Positions 29,638-39,297 of a DNA stretch of 54,088 nucleotides are shown here, piece after piece. The stretch's first letter is position 1. Every line of letters begins with the position of its first letter. The stretch is taken from the sequence record DRR723986_576, one strand, 5' to 3'. The translations under genes were made by a program, and so were the position numbers. Under the pieces are notes generated by a model. That model was not told the DNA's origin and made no database searches. It saw nothing but the letters and a program-made list of their open reading frames with translations.

Positions 29638-29645
29638 AAGCGCTA

Positions 29646-30035
29646 CTAGCGCAGCGCCAGGAAGCCCAGTGGGTTATGGCTAAAGGCCACGCTGAGCATA
29701 TAGAGAAAGACCAGCGCCGCCAACGCAGCGAAAACCGCTTTTTGCGCAAGGCTGCGACCGCGCTTTATCGCAACACTACCCAGTACGATGTACAGCAGTA
29801 AGGCAGAGAGCTTTGCCGCCAGCCAGGGCGTTTGCTGCGGCCAGGCACTGAGCATAATCATCAGGCTGACACCCAGCGCCAACAGGCCGGTGTCGAGCAC
29901 ATGGGGCAACACCCGCACCCACCGCCGCTGCATCATAGGCGAGGCACGCAGTGACCATGTGGCGCGCAGCAAAAAGAATGCAAAGCTGCTCAGCGCCGCG
30001 CTGATGTGCAGCGCCTTGATCAATGAGTAATCCAT
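29646..30035 (-). CDS. SirB2 family membrane protein
   Basis: KALHI, VLPHVLDT, WLAAKL..LLLYIVLG. Confidence 0.85.
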   Translation of the reverse strand: MDYSLIKALHISAALSSFAFFLLRATWSLRASPMMQRRWVRVLPHVLDTGLLALGVSLMIMLSAWPQQTPWLAAKLSALLLYIVLGSVAIKRGRSLAQKAVFAALAALVFLYMLSVAFSHNPLGFLALR

Positions 30036-30057
30036 ATTGACTTGCCTTCCACGCAGC

Positions 30058-30447
30058 CTAGGGCTCCGCGGCCTCATAGTGTTGGCGGAAACGGCGCTTG
30101 GCGGCCAATTTATCGCTGGCGCATTTCAGCATTTGCGCGTCCGACTGGATGTCTTCGCACTCGGCGGGTGGTTGATACCACGCCGTAAACGCCGCCGTGA
30201 ATGCCTGCTCGCGCTGCTGGGCTCGACGCTGCATGTCGGTCAAACCCTCAGTTGTTTGGCTGGCATCCCCCCTGGGGCTTTGCACCAACGCCTGGTGACG
30301 TACGCTTTTCTCGCCGCGTTGTTGGCCTGTTGGAGTGGGCGTTACCGCACTGGGGGAGGTATCAGCGCCGCGCCCCAGGTAAAGCGCAGCCGCAGCAATG
30401 AGAGTGCCCGTAGCAATCAAGTAAGCTGTTTTTCGCGCAATGATCAT
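30058..30447 (-). CDS. Hypothetical membrane-anchored protein, paralog of 28282-28710
   Basis: N-terminal hydrophobic segment; WYQPPAECEDIQSDAQMLKC. Confidence 0.65.
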   Translation of the reverse strand: MIIARKTAYLIATGTLIAAAALYLGRGADTSPSAVTPTPTGQQRGEKSVRHQALVQSPRGDASQTTEGLTDMQRRAQQREQAFTAAFTAWYQPPAECEDIQSDAQMLKCASDKLAAKRRFRQHYEAAEP

Positions 30448-30530
30448 TTGCCCACCCCGACACCGTGCTGCGCTTAGTGAAACGCAGAACGCACAGCGCC
30501 TCAATAGGCGTGACGGAGAAAATGGCAGGC

Positions 30531-30559
30531 AAAAAAAGGCCAGCGGGGTCAGCGCTGGC
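30531..30559 (-). terminator. Intrinsic terminator closing the P450/TBDR operon
   Basis: Minus strand GCCAGCG-CTGACCC-CGCTGGC-CTTTTTTT. Confidence 0.7.
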
Positions 30560-30596
30560 AAAGGTCACACTGGAGTGGAGGGGTGGTTATCGCCGC

Positions 30597-31022
30597 TTAC
30601 AGCGGCGCGTTAACCAAGGGAATATCAAACGGAATAGCGAGGTTAGGGCCAATGATGGTGCCGCCCTCAAAGAACAAATAGTTGGGCGTGTTGCTGGGGT
30701 CAGTCATCAGCACATCCAACACTGGCACAAACTGGGCAGTGATGGGGCCGCCAAGGCCGCCCAGCGTATCCATAGGGCCGTTTTCATTGGTGAGCACTTC
30801 CATGCCCACACCGATTAACAGGTCCATGTTCTGCAAACCGCGTGGCAGCACGCCGGCATCGGTCAGCGGCATAATTACCGGATCGAGTGCAGACAGCGAC
30901 GGTGCTCCGCCACCGATCGGCAAGATCGCCAACAGGCCCTGCTGCGCTTGCGCCGATGCGCTGGCTACACACAATGTCGCGCCAGCGAGCAAACCCGCAA
31001 GATGAGTAGTTAACGTTTTCAT
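30597..31022 (-). CDS. Hypothetical secreted Leu/Pro/Gly-rich protein
   Basis: MKTLTT signal peptide (AQA), RBS AGAGGA; directly downstream of TBDR. Confidence 0.65.
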   Translation of the reverse strand: MKTLTTHLAGLLAGATLCVASASAQAQQGLLAILPIGGGAPSLSALDPVIMPLTDAGVLPRGLQNMDLLIGVGMEVLTNENGPMDTLGGLGGPITAQFVPVLDVLMTDPSNTPNYLFFEGGTIIGPNLAIPFDIPLVNAPL

Positions 31023-31117
31023 AGCGATTCCTCTTGTTATTGGATGGTGGAAAAATCCGGGATGTGCAAGCAGGGATCCCGGCAAAACGCTAGTTGGGCA
31101 CACGCCCTACAACATGC

Positions 31118-33484
31118 TTAGAACAAGGTGTCGAAGTCCCACTTCAGTTTCACGCCATAGGTTTTGGGTGGCGCCAGTGTTTCGGTGCGACCAAAGTCCT
31201 GCTGAATAATGGCTTGGGCATATTCTTTGTCTTTGGCATTGCGAACAAAGCCGGTGATTTGAATGCCCAGTGGGTCGTAGAAATAAGACAGACGCGCATC
31301 CCACAGCTCGTACTGATCCTGCTCGTAGTGGGGAGAGTTTTGCGCGGTGGTGTTAAAGCCGCTGTTGAAGTAGTAATCCACGCCCACTTCAAAGGCACCC
31401 CAGTCGCCGGCGTGAATGAACTGATTCAACGACAAGCTGGAGGTCAAACGCGGTGTGCGCACAATGCGGTTACCCGAGAAGTCGCGCGAGGTATCCCCTA
31501 GCAGACTGTCGGGGCCAAAGTACAAGCCGGTGTCGTCGTCGAAACCCGCACCGTCTTTGTACTCGGTGTAGTACGCATCCAGGTAGGTCGCGCCGCCGGT
31601 GATTACCAGCCCCTCATTCCAATTGGGCATCGGCTGCCACTGGAAGTCGACTTCTGCACCTTCAATCTCAGCGGTTCCCGCGTTGCGGAAACTTACAATA
31701 CCGCCCGAAGGAATGGCCACCAAGGCGGTCAGCAGTCCCTCTGTTTTCGTTTTAAACACTGCGCCGTTCAAACGCAGTGCGCCATCGAGCAGGTCGGACT
31801 TAAAGCCGAGTTCAAAGGCGGTAACTTCTTCGCGCTCCACCGGGTTGGGGTTGGTGAAGAAGTTAACGATATTGTATGTCGGGCTCTTATAGCCGCGCTG
31901 CGCCGAGGCGAAAATTTGTAGATTTTCAGTGGGGAAAAGCTGCACAGCCAAACGGGGCGACAAGGTTTTTTCTTCCAGATCGGGCGCGCTGAAATCCGCC
32001 AGGCGAATATTCTGCGACTGATCACCCGACTTGTAGTACTCGTTGGGGGGGTTACCCACCAGCGGGTTCACGACATCGAGATAGCTATTGGTTATACCGC
32101 GAGTCTCTTCCTGGTAGCGCACACCGGCAGTCAGGTTCAACCAGCTGGTGGTAAACCACGTCGCCTGCATATAGGCCGAGTTGGACTCGGTGGTCAGGAT
32201 ACCGCCATTACCCAGCACCACATCGGGGCTTTGGTTGATAATGGGGCCGAGGATTGGCTCGAGTAGATCAGGCAGTGGCAAGCCCACCAGGTTAGTCCCT
32301 AAACCCAGCGGGTTAAGCGTTAGGTACAAACTGCCAAAGCCGCCCTCGCCTTCCAAACGGTACAGGCCCGCCACCCATTCAACATGCTCAGACAACCAGG
32401 TGTCTTCGTTAGAAAGCACCTGCAATTCGTAGGTTTTCTGATTGTTGAACTGGTCCGCGCTGTAGAAGTAGGCCTCCGACTTTTCGGTGGAGTCCAGGTC
32501 GTAGTGCGCCTCATCAACATCGGCGTAGTTTTCAGAGTAGATGAACTTCACATCAACCGGGCCCGGCAGCCACTCAAAAATACCGCCGTAAAGCTCGTTC
32601 ATGGTGGAGTTACCACCGAGCTTGTTGTTGTGCCAAACACGGTCGCGCTCGTCGGGCTCGACACCGGCCAACAACACGGGCGATGGCCGCGTATTTTCCT
32701 GCGACAGTGAGTTACTGGTGAACTGGTTGCCGTAGGAACCGATCAGGGTGGCGTTAAAGGTGTCGCTGATATCCCAGCGAATTTTTACCCGCGCGCCTTC
32801 GGCAAACTCGTCGCGCATTGGTCCCGGCTCACCGAACACTTCGTTGCGGCCGTAGAGGTCTTGATGACTTTTAAACAGCGATACCGTGGCACCGATATTG
32901 TCGGTAATCGGCATACCCATATACAACTGGTAGGACTCGGCATTGTAGTTACCGAACTCCGTTTTCAGGGTGCCGACAAACTCCTCCGGTGGATCTTCAG
33001 TCACGATGCTGATCGCACCACCCGTCGCGTTGCGACCAAACAGGGTGCCCTGTGGCCCCTTAAGTACCTCTACCCGCTGAACGGCGCCGAGGGTGTCTTG
33101 CTTACCCTGACTGGGGCCAATGTTAATACCGTCTATATAGGTAGCGATACTCGGGTCGGCATTGGGTAGAAAGGCGTCCGTCCCCACACCGCGCAGGTAA
33201 ATAACCGTGTAGCCATAGGCGTAAGTAAAGGTCAGTCCCGGAGTGATTTTTTGCAGGTCGGCAGTCGCCTCTATACCGAAGGCATCGAGTTTATCTGCGC
33301 CGAAGGCGCTGATCATAATAGGAATGTCTTGCGAATCTTCTTCACGCTTTTGCGCCGTCACCATGACTTCTTCCAACAGGCGACTACCACGCGTTGTATT
33401 ACCTTCAGCAGCCTGTGTTGATTGCGCGGCGGTAACCGCGGCGACCAACAGCGACAAGGCCAGTTTTCTGGGCTGTTGTTTCAT
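31118..33484 (-). CDS. TonB-dependent receptor
   Basis: LEEVMVTAQKRE, EVLKGPQGTLFGRNATGGAI, C-terminal aromatic strand. Confidence 0.95.
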   Translation of the reverse strand: MKQQPRKLALSLLVAAVTAAQSTQAAEGNTTRGSRLLEEVMVTAQKREEDSQDIPIMISAFGADKLDAFGIEATADLQKITPGLTFTYAYGYTVIYLRGVGTDAFLPNADPSIATYIDGINIGPSQGKQDTLGAVQRVEVLKGPQGTLFGRNATGGAISIVTEDPPEEFVGTLKTEFGNYNAESYQLYMGMPITDNIGATVSLFKSHQDLYGRNEVFGEPGPMRDEFAEGARVKIRWDISDTFNATLIGSYGNQFTSNSLSQENTRPSPVLLAGVEPDERDRVWHNNKLGGNSTMNELYGGIFEWLPGPVDVKFIYSENYADVDEAHYDLDSTEKSEAYFYSADQFNNQKTYELQVLSNEDTWLSEHVEWVAGLYRLEGEGGFGSLYLTLNPLGLGTNLVGLPLPDLLEPILGPIINQSPDVVLGNGGILTTESNSAYMQATWFTTSWLNLTAGVRYQEETRGITNSYLDVVNPLVGNPPNEYYKSGDQSQNIRLADFSAPDLEEKTLSPRLAVQLFPTENLQIFASAQRGYKSPTYNIVNFFTNPNPVEREEVTAFELGFKSDLLDGALRLNGAVFKTKTEGLLTALVAIPSGGIVSFRNAGTAEIEGAEVDFQWQPMPNWNEGLVITGGATYLDAYYTEYKDGAGFDDDTGLYFGPDSLLGDTSRDFSGNRIVRTPRLTSSLSLNQFIHAGDWGAFEVGVDYYFNSGFNTTAQNSPHYEQDQYELWDARLSYFYDPLGIQITGFVRNAKDKEYAQAIIQQDFGRTETLAPPKTYGVKLKWDFDTLF

Positions 33485-33541
33485 TTTTCATTCACCCTAG
33501 TTATTTTTTTATCGTTAGTTATTTTGCAATTCGAGCCGGTA

Positions 33542-33940
33542 TTAACGCCGGCGCAAACTACTTAGCAGTAACAGCAGTGCGCCTGCATCCATCAACGCCA
33601 ACACAAGAAACAGCGGCGACAGTCCACACGCATAGGCGTAGAACAGCCACATGGCTGCCAGTGCCTTAACCAGTGCACTGCGAGCAACGACGACGCGACT
33701 ATCGTCTATGCTCAGGCGCAAATAACTTAATCCAAATCCCAGTACGCCCATCAAACCAACAAAAGCATTGATTGCCAGTGCCGAATTACCCTGATAGACC
33801 TCGGTATTACCGAAGGAAAATATCAGCGTCAGTAGCTGCGCGTTCACCCATGGCGCAGCAAGCACAAGAAACAGACCTAAGTCAGCGTGGTAAACCAGGC
33901 GATGGCGGTTTTCAAAGCTCACGAAATGCCTCCTGAGCAA
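33542..33940 (-). CDS. Hypothetical four-TM membrane protein (GTG at 33922 is an alternative start)
   Basis: Hydrophobic ORF overlapping the NTF2 gene stop, operonic. Confidence 0.6.
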   Translation of the reverse strand: MLRRHFVSFENRHRLVYHADLGLFLVLAAPWVNAQLLTLIFSFGNTEVYQGNSALAINAFVGLMGVLGFGLSYLRLSIDDSRVVVARSALVKALAAMWLFYAYACGLSPLFLVLALMDAGALLLLLSSLRRR

Positions 33941-34307
33941 CCGCCGTATTCATAAAGTCGCGGAAGTGTTTCCACTTGCCGTCCTGCAAATGAATAACGT
34001 GAACGAAGGGAGATTTTATCTCGCGACCGTCGCGCTTGGTGGTTAAACGCAACTTACCAACCACGACAACGTGATCCCCTTCACAGATAAACTGGTCGGC
34101 GTCGAACACATGAATATCCACCGACGACAGCACCGTATCGAAGAAGCCGCGACACTCAGCCAAACCCTCATAGTGACCGGCATAGGGAATCACTTCCGGG
34201 CCGTAGAAATCGATGACGCACTGCTCGTGCAGCAACTCGACAATGCCGTCGACATCGTGAGCGCCAAAGCGCGCAAAGATTTCCTGGGTGACCTCAAGAT
34301 TATTCAT
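33912..34307 (-). CDS. NTF2/SnoaL-like (ketosteroid-isomerase-like) protein
   Basis: PYAGHYEG, GDHVVV, VHVIHLQDGK..FRDF; RBS AAGGAG. Confidence 0.85.
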   Translation of the reverse strand: MNNLEVTQEIFARFGAHDVDGIVELLHEQCVIDFYGPEVIPYAGHYEGLAECRGFFDTVLSSVDIHVFDADQFICEGDHVVVVGKLRLTTKRDGREIKSPFVHVIHLQDGKWKHFRDFMNTAVAQEAFREL

Positions 34308-34317
34308 TATTATCTCC

Positions 34318-34620
34318 TTATTCAGCGGGGGCGATTTCAATATTGAGCTCGTTAATGTCTTGCGCCGCTTCCAACTGGCACAGTAGTCGGCTGTTTTCAC
34401 GGTAGTGAATCAGGCCTTCCAATACTTCTTGTTCGGCGTCCTGCACGGGCGCAACGGCGTCGGGCTTATCGACATACACGTGGCAGGTGGCACAGGAACA
34501 ACAGCCGCCACACAGGGCGTCGATCTTCATTTGCGATGACAGCTCGTCAAACAACTCCTGAAAATCCTCCACCAGGTATTCGGCGCTCTGCTGCTGGCGA
34601 TCTTTTACTTCTATTCTCAT
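34318..34620 (-). CDS. [2Fe-2S] ferredoxin, putidaredoxin/adrenodoxin type
   Basis: CGGCCSCATCHVY ... SRLLCQ. Confidence 0.92.
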   Translation of the reverse strand: MRIEVKDRQQQSAEYLVEDFQELFDELSSQMKIDALCGGCCSCATCHVYVDKPDAVAPVQDAEQEVLEGLIHYRENSRLLCQLEAAQDINELNIEIAPAE

Positions 34621-35450
34621 TACTCAAGCTCTCCGTACAGCGGGCGGTAGCGCATTGGCTGGCGTTGACGCTGGGCATCAATGGCTTCGCTAATTTCACT
34701 GCTGGTGTACATACCGGCATTCCAGGTGGCGGACATCGCCAGCGATGACGAGAAGTGCATATCGCGACCTTCTATCAAGGTGCGCTTCACACCACTCAAG
34801 GCCAGCGGCGACAGGTTTAATAAACGCTGTGCCATTGCCTGTGCGGTGGCGTCCAATTCCTCGGGGGCGCTAGGTGCGGCACTCAGCAATTGCATTTGCT
34901 TGGCTTCGGCGGCGTCGATACGTTCGCCGGTCAGCGATAGGCGCGCCGATGCCGATTCACCACAGAGGTAGGTCAGGCGCTGGATAGTGCCCAGGTCGCA
35001 CATAATGCCGATGTTGGTTTCATGGATAGAGAAGAACGCGCTGCTGTCGGCCAGGCGCAGATCGCAGGCCGCAAATATCGCCAGCGAGCCACCAATACAA
35101 GCGCCGCGCGCCACACCAATAACCGGCATCGGCAACGCTTCGAGACGGCTGATAACCGCCTGCAAATAGAGCACCTTTTCTCGTACCCAATGGTTGTAGC
35201 GGGCGGGATCATCGCCTTTGCTCACATTGAGTTCGGCGAGGTAATCCACATTCATACCGCCGCCAAAATGGCGGCCCTCGGCATCGAGTATCAGCACTCG
35301 GCAGTCGCGATCGTGCTTGAGCTCACGCAACAAGGCGTCAAGCTCCTGCCAGAACAAGCGGTTATAGGCATTGCCCTTGCACTGGGTATCCAGCGTGAGG
35401 CGGTAGAGACCGCCCTCAGTGCTCAGGGAAAAATTCTGCCAGTCGCTCAT
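34620..35450 (-). CDS. Crotonase-family protein, delta3,5-delta2,4-dienoyl-CoA isomerase-like
   Basis: PVIGVARGACIGG, FSIHETNIGIMCDLGTIQRL (E...D pattern of ECH1-type isomerases). Confidence 0.8.
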   Translation of the reverse strand: MSDWQNFSLSTEGGLYRLTLDTQCKGNAYNRLFWQELDALLRELKHDRDCRVLILDAEGRHFGGGMNVDYLAELNVSKGDDPARYNHWVREKVLYLQAVISRLEALPMPVIGVARGACIGGSLAIFAACDLRLADSSAFFSIHETNIGIMCDLGTIQRLTYLCGESASARLSLTGERIDAAEAKQMQLLSAAPSAPEELDATAQAMAQRLLNLSPLALSGVKRTLIEGRDMHFSSSLAMSATWNAGMYTSSEISEAIDAQRQRQPMRYRPLYGELE

Positions 35451-36712
35451 GCCTCGACCTCCGTGAGCAGGCGCACAGGTAATGAAGCGAATCCGTAGGC
35501 CAATAAACCGCCGGACTGACGGCGAGAGTCATCCAATGAGCCACCAATGCCCGCGCAGGTATCCAGCAGTGTGTTGAGCAGAATTTCGCCCTCTACCCGT
35601 GCCAGCGGCGCACCCAGGCAGTGGTGAATACCGCGGCCAAAGGTCAGGTGACGGGAAATATTGGGGCGGTTGATAATGAATTTTTCAGGCTCGGGGAACA
35701 TGCTTTCATCGTGGTTGGCCGCGGCCATAAAGAAAGCGATCCACTCACCGGCCTTAATTGGCTTCCCGGCAATTTCGCAGTCTTCTTTCACCACGCGGAA
35801 CAGACGCTGCGGCGGGCCATCACGACGCAGGCATTCCTCCATAAACGGACGAATTAAGCTGCGATCCTGCTTCAGCTTGTCGAACCATGACTTGTCTTCC
35901 AGCAGCACGCCCATCAGGTTGCCGAGGAAGTAGGTAGTGGTTTCTGCACCGGCCACAACCAGCGTAATGCAGAACAACACCACTTCGTCTTTGGTCAGCA
36001 CATCGCCATCGCACTCGGCGCGAATAAAGGCCGACATCAAATCATCCGGCACCTCTTCACCGTTAGCGATCGCGCGGTCGCGCAGTTCGACCTTATTGAC
36101 AAAGTAGTGGAACAGCTCTTCGTTACAGGCCAGGCGCTGCTCGGGGGTAAAGTCTGACGACACCATAAAGGCGTTGGCCCAGTTGACGAGCTTTTTGTAG
36201 TCTTCTCTCGGCAAGCCGAACAGATAGGTCATAACCAGTGCGGGGATGACACCGGCGACCGCTTCCATATAGTCGACTTCTTTGCCCTGAATACCGCCAA
36301 TGATTCCGGCGACATCGTCGCGCAAACGATCGACGATATCGTCGTGAATGCGTTTCGGCGTAAAGGCCGCCTTGGCCAGATTACGCAGTGAGGTATGGCG
36401 TGGCCGGTCGTGATTCACCAGCATCAAGCTCGGGGCGCTGGAGTTTGCCTGCATTGGGTCTTCTGATGAAAACAGGTCGGCGTTTTTCAATACAAAATCG
36501 ACGTCGTTATAGCGGGTCACCACCCAGGCCGGAAACGGTGTATCCACACCCGGTACCGTGCCGGGAGGGAAGTCTCGCAAACCAAATACCAAGCCCAGCT
36601 CGCGAAGTTGCTTGTAAACCGGATAGGGGTTTTGGATACATTCAGGCGACAACATATTGTCGAGAATGTCGGCCGCATTTTGCGGCGCAGCAGTGATAGC
36701 GCTCATAGCCAC
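35447..36712 (-). CDS. Cytochrome P450
   Basis: I-helix AGAETT, ExxR (EECLR), heme motif FGRGIHHCLG. Confidence 0.95.
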   Translation of the reverse strand: MAMSAITAAPQNAADILDNMLSPECIQNPYPVYKQLRELGLVFGLRDFPPGTVPGVDTPFPAWVVTRYNDVDFVLKNADLFSSEDPMQANSSAPSLMLVNHDRPRHTSLRNLAKAAFTPKRIHDDIVDRLRDDVAGIIGGIQGKEVDYMEAVAGVIPALVMTYLFGLPREDYKKLVNWANAFMVSSDFTPEQRLACNEELFHYFVNKVELRDRAIANGEEVPDDLMSAFIRAECDGDVLTKDEVVLFCITLVVAGAETTTYFLGNLMGVLLEDKSWFDKLKQDRSLIRPFMEECLRRDGPPQRLFRVVKEDCEIAGKPIKAGEWIAFFMAAANHDESMFPEPEKFIINRPNISRHLTFGRGIHHCLGAPLARVEGEILLNTLLDTCAGIGGSLDDSRRQSGGLLAYGFASLPVRLLTEVEA

Positions 36713-38091
36713 CTCATCATCTTATTTATTGTTGAGAAAAGGCCGGTAAATGGCGGTGTCACCATTGCAGCCACATCGAGAATTGGCGCGTGGAACTCTG
36801 CGCGCGCATGGGAGAATTCGCGGAAACCGTCAATGCCCCGGTAACGACCCATTCCGGAGTTGCCGACACCGCCAAATGGCAGATCGTCGTTGGCGTACTG
36901 AAACACCACATCGTTTTTTACCAGCGCGCCGGAGCGGGTCGATTCGCGCAACTGGGTAAATTCATCGTTGCTGCGGCCAAAGTAGTAAGACACCAGGGGC
37001 GATTCCCGATGCCGAAGGTCATCTACCATGTCGCTAAAGTCGTCGTGGGTATTCACCAACAGCACGGGGCCAAAAATTTCCTCACGCTGGATCAGCGCAT
37101 CTTCGCCGGGGTTTACCACCAGGGTCAGCGCATAGGGGGAGCCATCTACCGCCAGATGGTGAATGCTGCCGCCGTAGAACTCGGCATCTTCGCAAAGCCG
37201 CTGCAGGCGCTGGCGGTGGTTGTCGTTGATCACCTGCACAGCATCGCGGCCGATATTACTGTCCATCGCGTCCAGCGCGCGGCGCAGCTCGGCAATAAGG
37301 CGCGGCAATTGCTCCTCGGTGATCATCAGATAGTCGGGGGCAATGCACACCTGCCCGGCATTGAAAAACTTACCGAAGATGAGTTTTTCCGCGAGCTCAC
37401 TCAAGTTGGTGCCGCGCCCGGCAATCACCGGTGACTTACCGCCCAGCTCCAAGGTAAGTGGCGTTAACTTTTCGGATGCATCGCGCATTATCGATTTGGC
37501 AATGCGTTCGCCGCCGGTGTAGATCAAGTGATTAAAAGGCAGGTTAACGAAAGCGCGGGCCAGCTCGGCATCGCCGCAGGCGACATTGACTTCCTGGGGC
37601 GAAAACCATTTCTCAACCCCTTCGCGCAGCACCTCAGCGCAGCGCGGGGTGAGCTCCGAGGGCTTGATAAAGGCAACGTTGCCCGCGGCCAATGCACTCA
37701 CCAGCGGCGACAGCGCCAGGTTCACCGGAAAATTCCAGGGGCTAACAATGCCCACCACGCCCTTGGGCTGAAAGTGAACGCGTGCGCGGCCACCGCCCAT
37801 GCGCAAGCTCAAATCCGCCGCGCGACGCTGTGGCTGCATCCAAAAACCAAGGTTATCCAGCGCATGATTCACCGACTTGATGGTTGTGGTGATATCGGCA
37901 AAGCGCGTCTGGTCTGCTGAGCGATAGCCAAAGTCTTCCGACAGGGCCTCGCAAAAGCGGGTCTCGTTCTCTAACAAAAGTTGCTTTAGGCGACGCAAGC
38001 GATCTCGGCGTTGTGCCGCGCAGGGGTGTGGCAAAGCCAGGGCCCCTTCGCGCAGGCCAGCGAAAGCCTGGTTAAGCGAAGACATATCCAC
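36703..38091 (-). CDS. Aldehyde dehydrogenase (coniferyl/fatty aldehyde, CalB/ALDH3-like)
   Basis: PWNFP, LELGGKSP, NAGQVCIAPDY, EEIFGP, PFGGVGNSGMG. Confidence 0.92.
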   Translation of the reverse strand: MDMSSLNQAFAGLREGALALPHPCAAQRRDRLRRLKQLLLENETRFCEALSEDFGYRSADQTRFADITTTIKSVNHALDNLGFWMQPQRRAADLSLRMGGGRARVHFQPKGVVGIVSPWNFPVNLALSPLVSALAAGNVAFIKPSELTPRCAEVLREGVEKWFSPQEVNVACGDAELARAFVNLPFNHLIYTGGERIAKSIMRDASEKLTPLTLELGGKSPVIAGRGTNLSELAEKLIFGKFFNAGQVCIAPDYLMITEEQLPRLIAELRRALDAMDSNIGRDAVQVINDNHRQRLQRLCEDAEFYGGSIHHLAVDGSPYALTLVVNPGEDALIQREEIFGPVLLVNTHDDFSDMVDDLRHRESPLVSYYFGRSNDEFTQLRESTRSGALVKNDVVFQYANDDLPFGGVGNSGMGRYRGIDGFREFSHARAEFHAPILDVAAMVTPPFTGLFSTINKMMRWL

Positions 38092-38144
38092 CTGAATATC
38101 CGTCTCTGTTTGTTATTGTTGTGGTGATATTATTTTCTTTTGGA

Positions 38145-38167
38145 AATAGTGTCAACTGGACACTATT
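38145..38167. promoter_or_regulatory. Perfect inverted repeat, probable MarR operator
   Basis: AATAGTGTC-AACTG-GACACTATT in the AT-rich divergent promoter. Confidence 0.55.
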
Positions 38168-38246
38168 AATTATTTAATAATATTTCTATTGGTTATTATT
38201 CTTGACAAAAATTGTTTCCAGGAAGAGAATGCCCTTATAAATCAGC

Positions 38247-38777
38247 ATGTTGGAGGTCAACTTGGACAAGGAATGGCAAAAATTTGAAGATGTGCCAGCC
38301 AACAGCAGCAATGCACCGAGGATGTTTTTGGATTATTTCTATCCGATTCACTTCTCTATAGGCATGCGAATTGAAGCGGGCCTAATGAGCTGTGGCCAGC
38401 TGGATAGACACCAAACCGTGATTATGTGGATTCTGCGTTCAGAGATGCAGCGCAGCGGTAAGCAGTCGATCAATCGCAAGGAAATTGTGCGGCTGATGAC
38501 CAACTGGTATGACATTACCAGCAGCAGTGTGTCCAAGGCTCTTCGCGCACTCGCGAAAGCCCCCTTGGAGTATATTGAGCTAGCCGAAGACCCCAACTCC
38601 GGTCGCGAAAAGCTGATTACCATGACCCCGGCGGGCAAGCAGCACTGCGAGGATATGATCGCCAGTGCCTGCGAGGTGATTCGCAATATCACCGACAACT
38701 TCAACGACGACGAGAACCGCATGGGCGTGTATATGTTTATGCGAATGGATGAAGAGTTCTCCAAGGTAAGAACCTAG
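38247..38777 (+). CDS. MarR-family transcriptional regulator
   Basis: SSVSKALRAL helix and wing EDPNSGREKLITMTPAG; divergent from the P450 operon. Confidence 0.8.
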   Translation: MLEVNLDKEWQKFEDVPANSSNAPRMFLDYFYPIHFSIGMRIEAGLMSCGQLDRHQTVIMWILRSEMQRSGKQSINRKEIVRLMTNWYDITSSSVSKALRALAKAPLEYIELAEDPNSGREKLITMTPAGKQHCEDMIASACEVIRNITDNFNDDENRMGVYMFMRMDEEFSKVRT

Positions 38778-38886
38778 GGCCCGCTTACTCTCAGGGAATG
38801 GCTCCAGCCTGCCGGTTTGTAGCGAAAAATCTCCCCAACGCGATATACCGTAAAACGTGGTTTAACCGCCAAGGTTTGGAGAGATC

Positions 38887-39297
38887 GTGTTTACCATTGC
38901 CTGCCGCACACTACTGCCCAGCTGGGGGCTTCTCGGCGCGGCAGCCTGTTTGTGGATGCCCTCAGACTCCCTACTCGCGATCACGCCTTGGGTATGCGGC
39001 GTATTGCTCAGCCTGATCGGCCTGGTGCTGGCGGTGGCCATCAAGCCCTACTTCCGCAGCCGTTCTTTATTCCACAAACCCTATACCACCGTCGCCATCG
39101 CCGCCGCGCTGGCGCCCATCGCTGCCGTGGCCTTTGCGATAAATGTGCAGGCAACCCTCTCCCAACACGCCATTCGCGATATCGCGGTGTTGGTGTGGCT
39201 GCTGAGTTCACTCGGCCTGGTACTGTCTACGCTGGTGGCCCGGTTGCTGTGGGCCGTACACCCTGGGCGCGCGGGGAATTTCAGCGGCGGGGAATAA
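38887..39297 (+). CDS. Hypothetical membrane protein
   Basis: Four hydrophobic segments; GGAGA before GTG. Confidence 0.5.
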   Translation: MFTIACRTLLPSWGLLGAAACLWMPSDSLLAITPWVCGVLLSLIGLVLAVAIKPYFRSRSLFHKPYTTVAIAAALAPIAAVAFAINVQATLSQHAIRDIAVLVWLLSSLGLVLSTLVARLLWAVHPGRAGNFSGGE

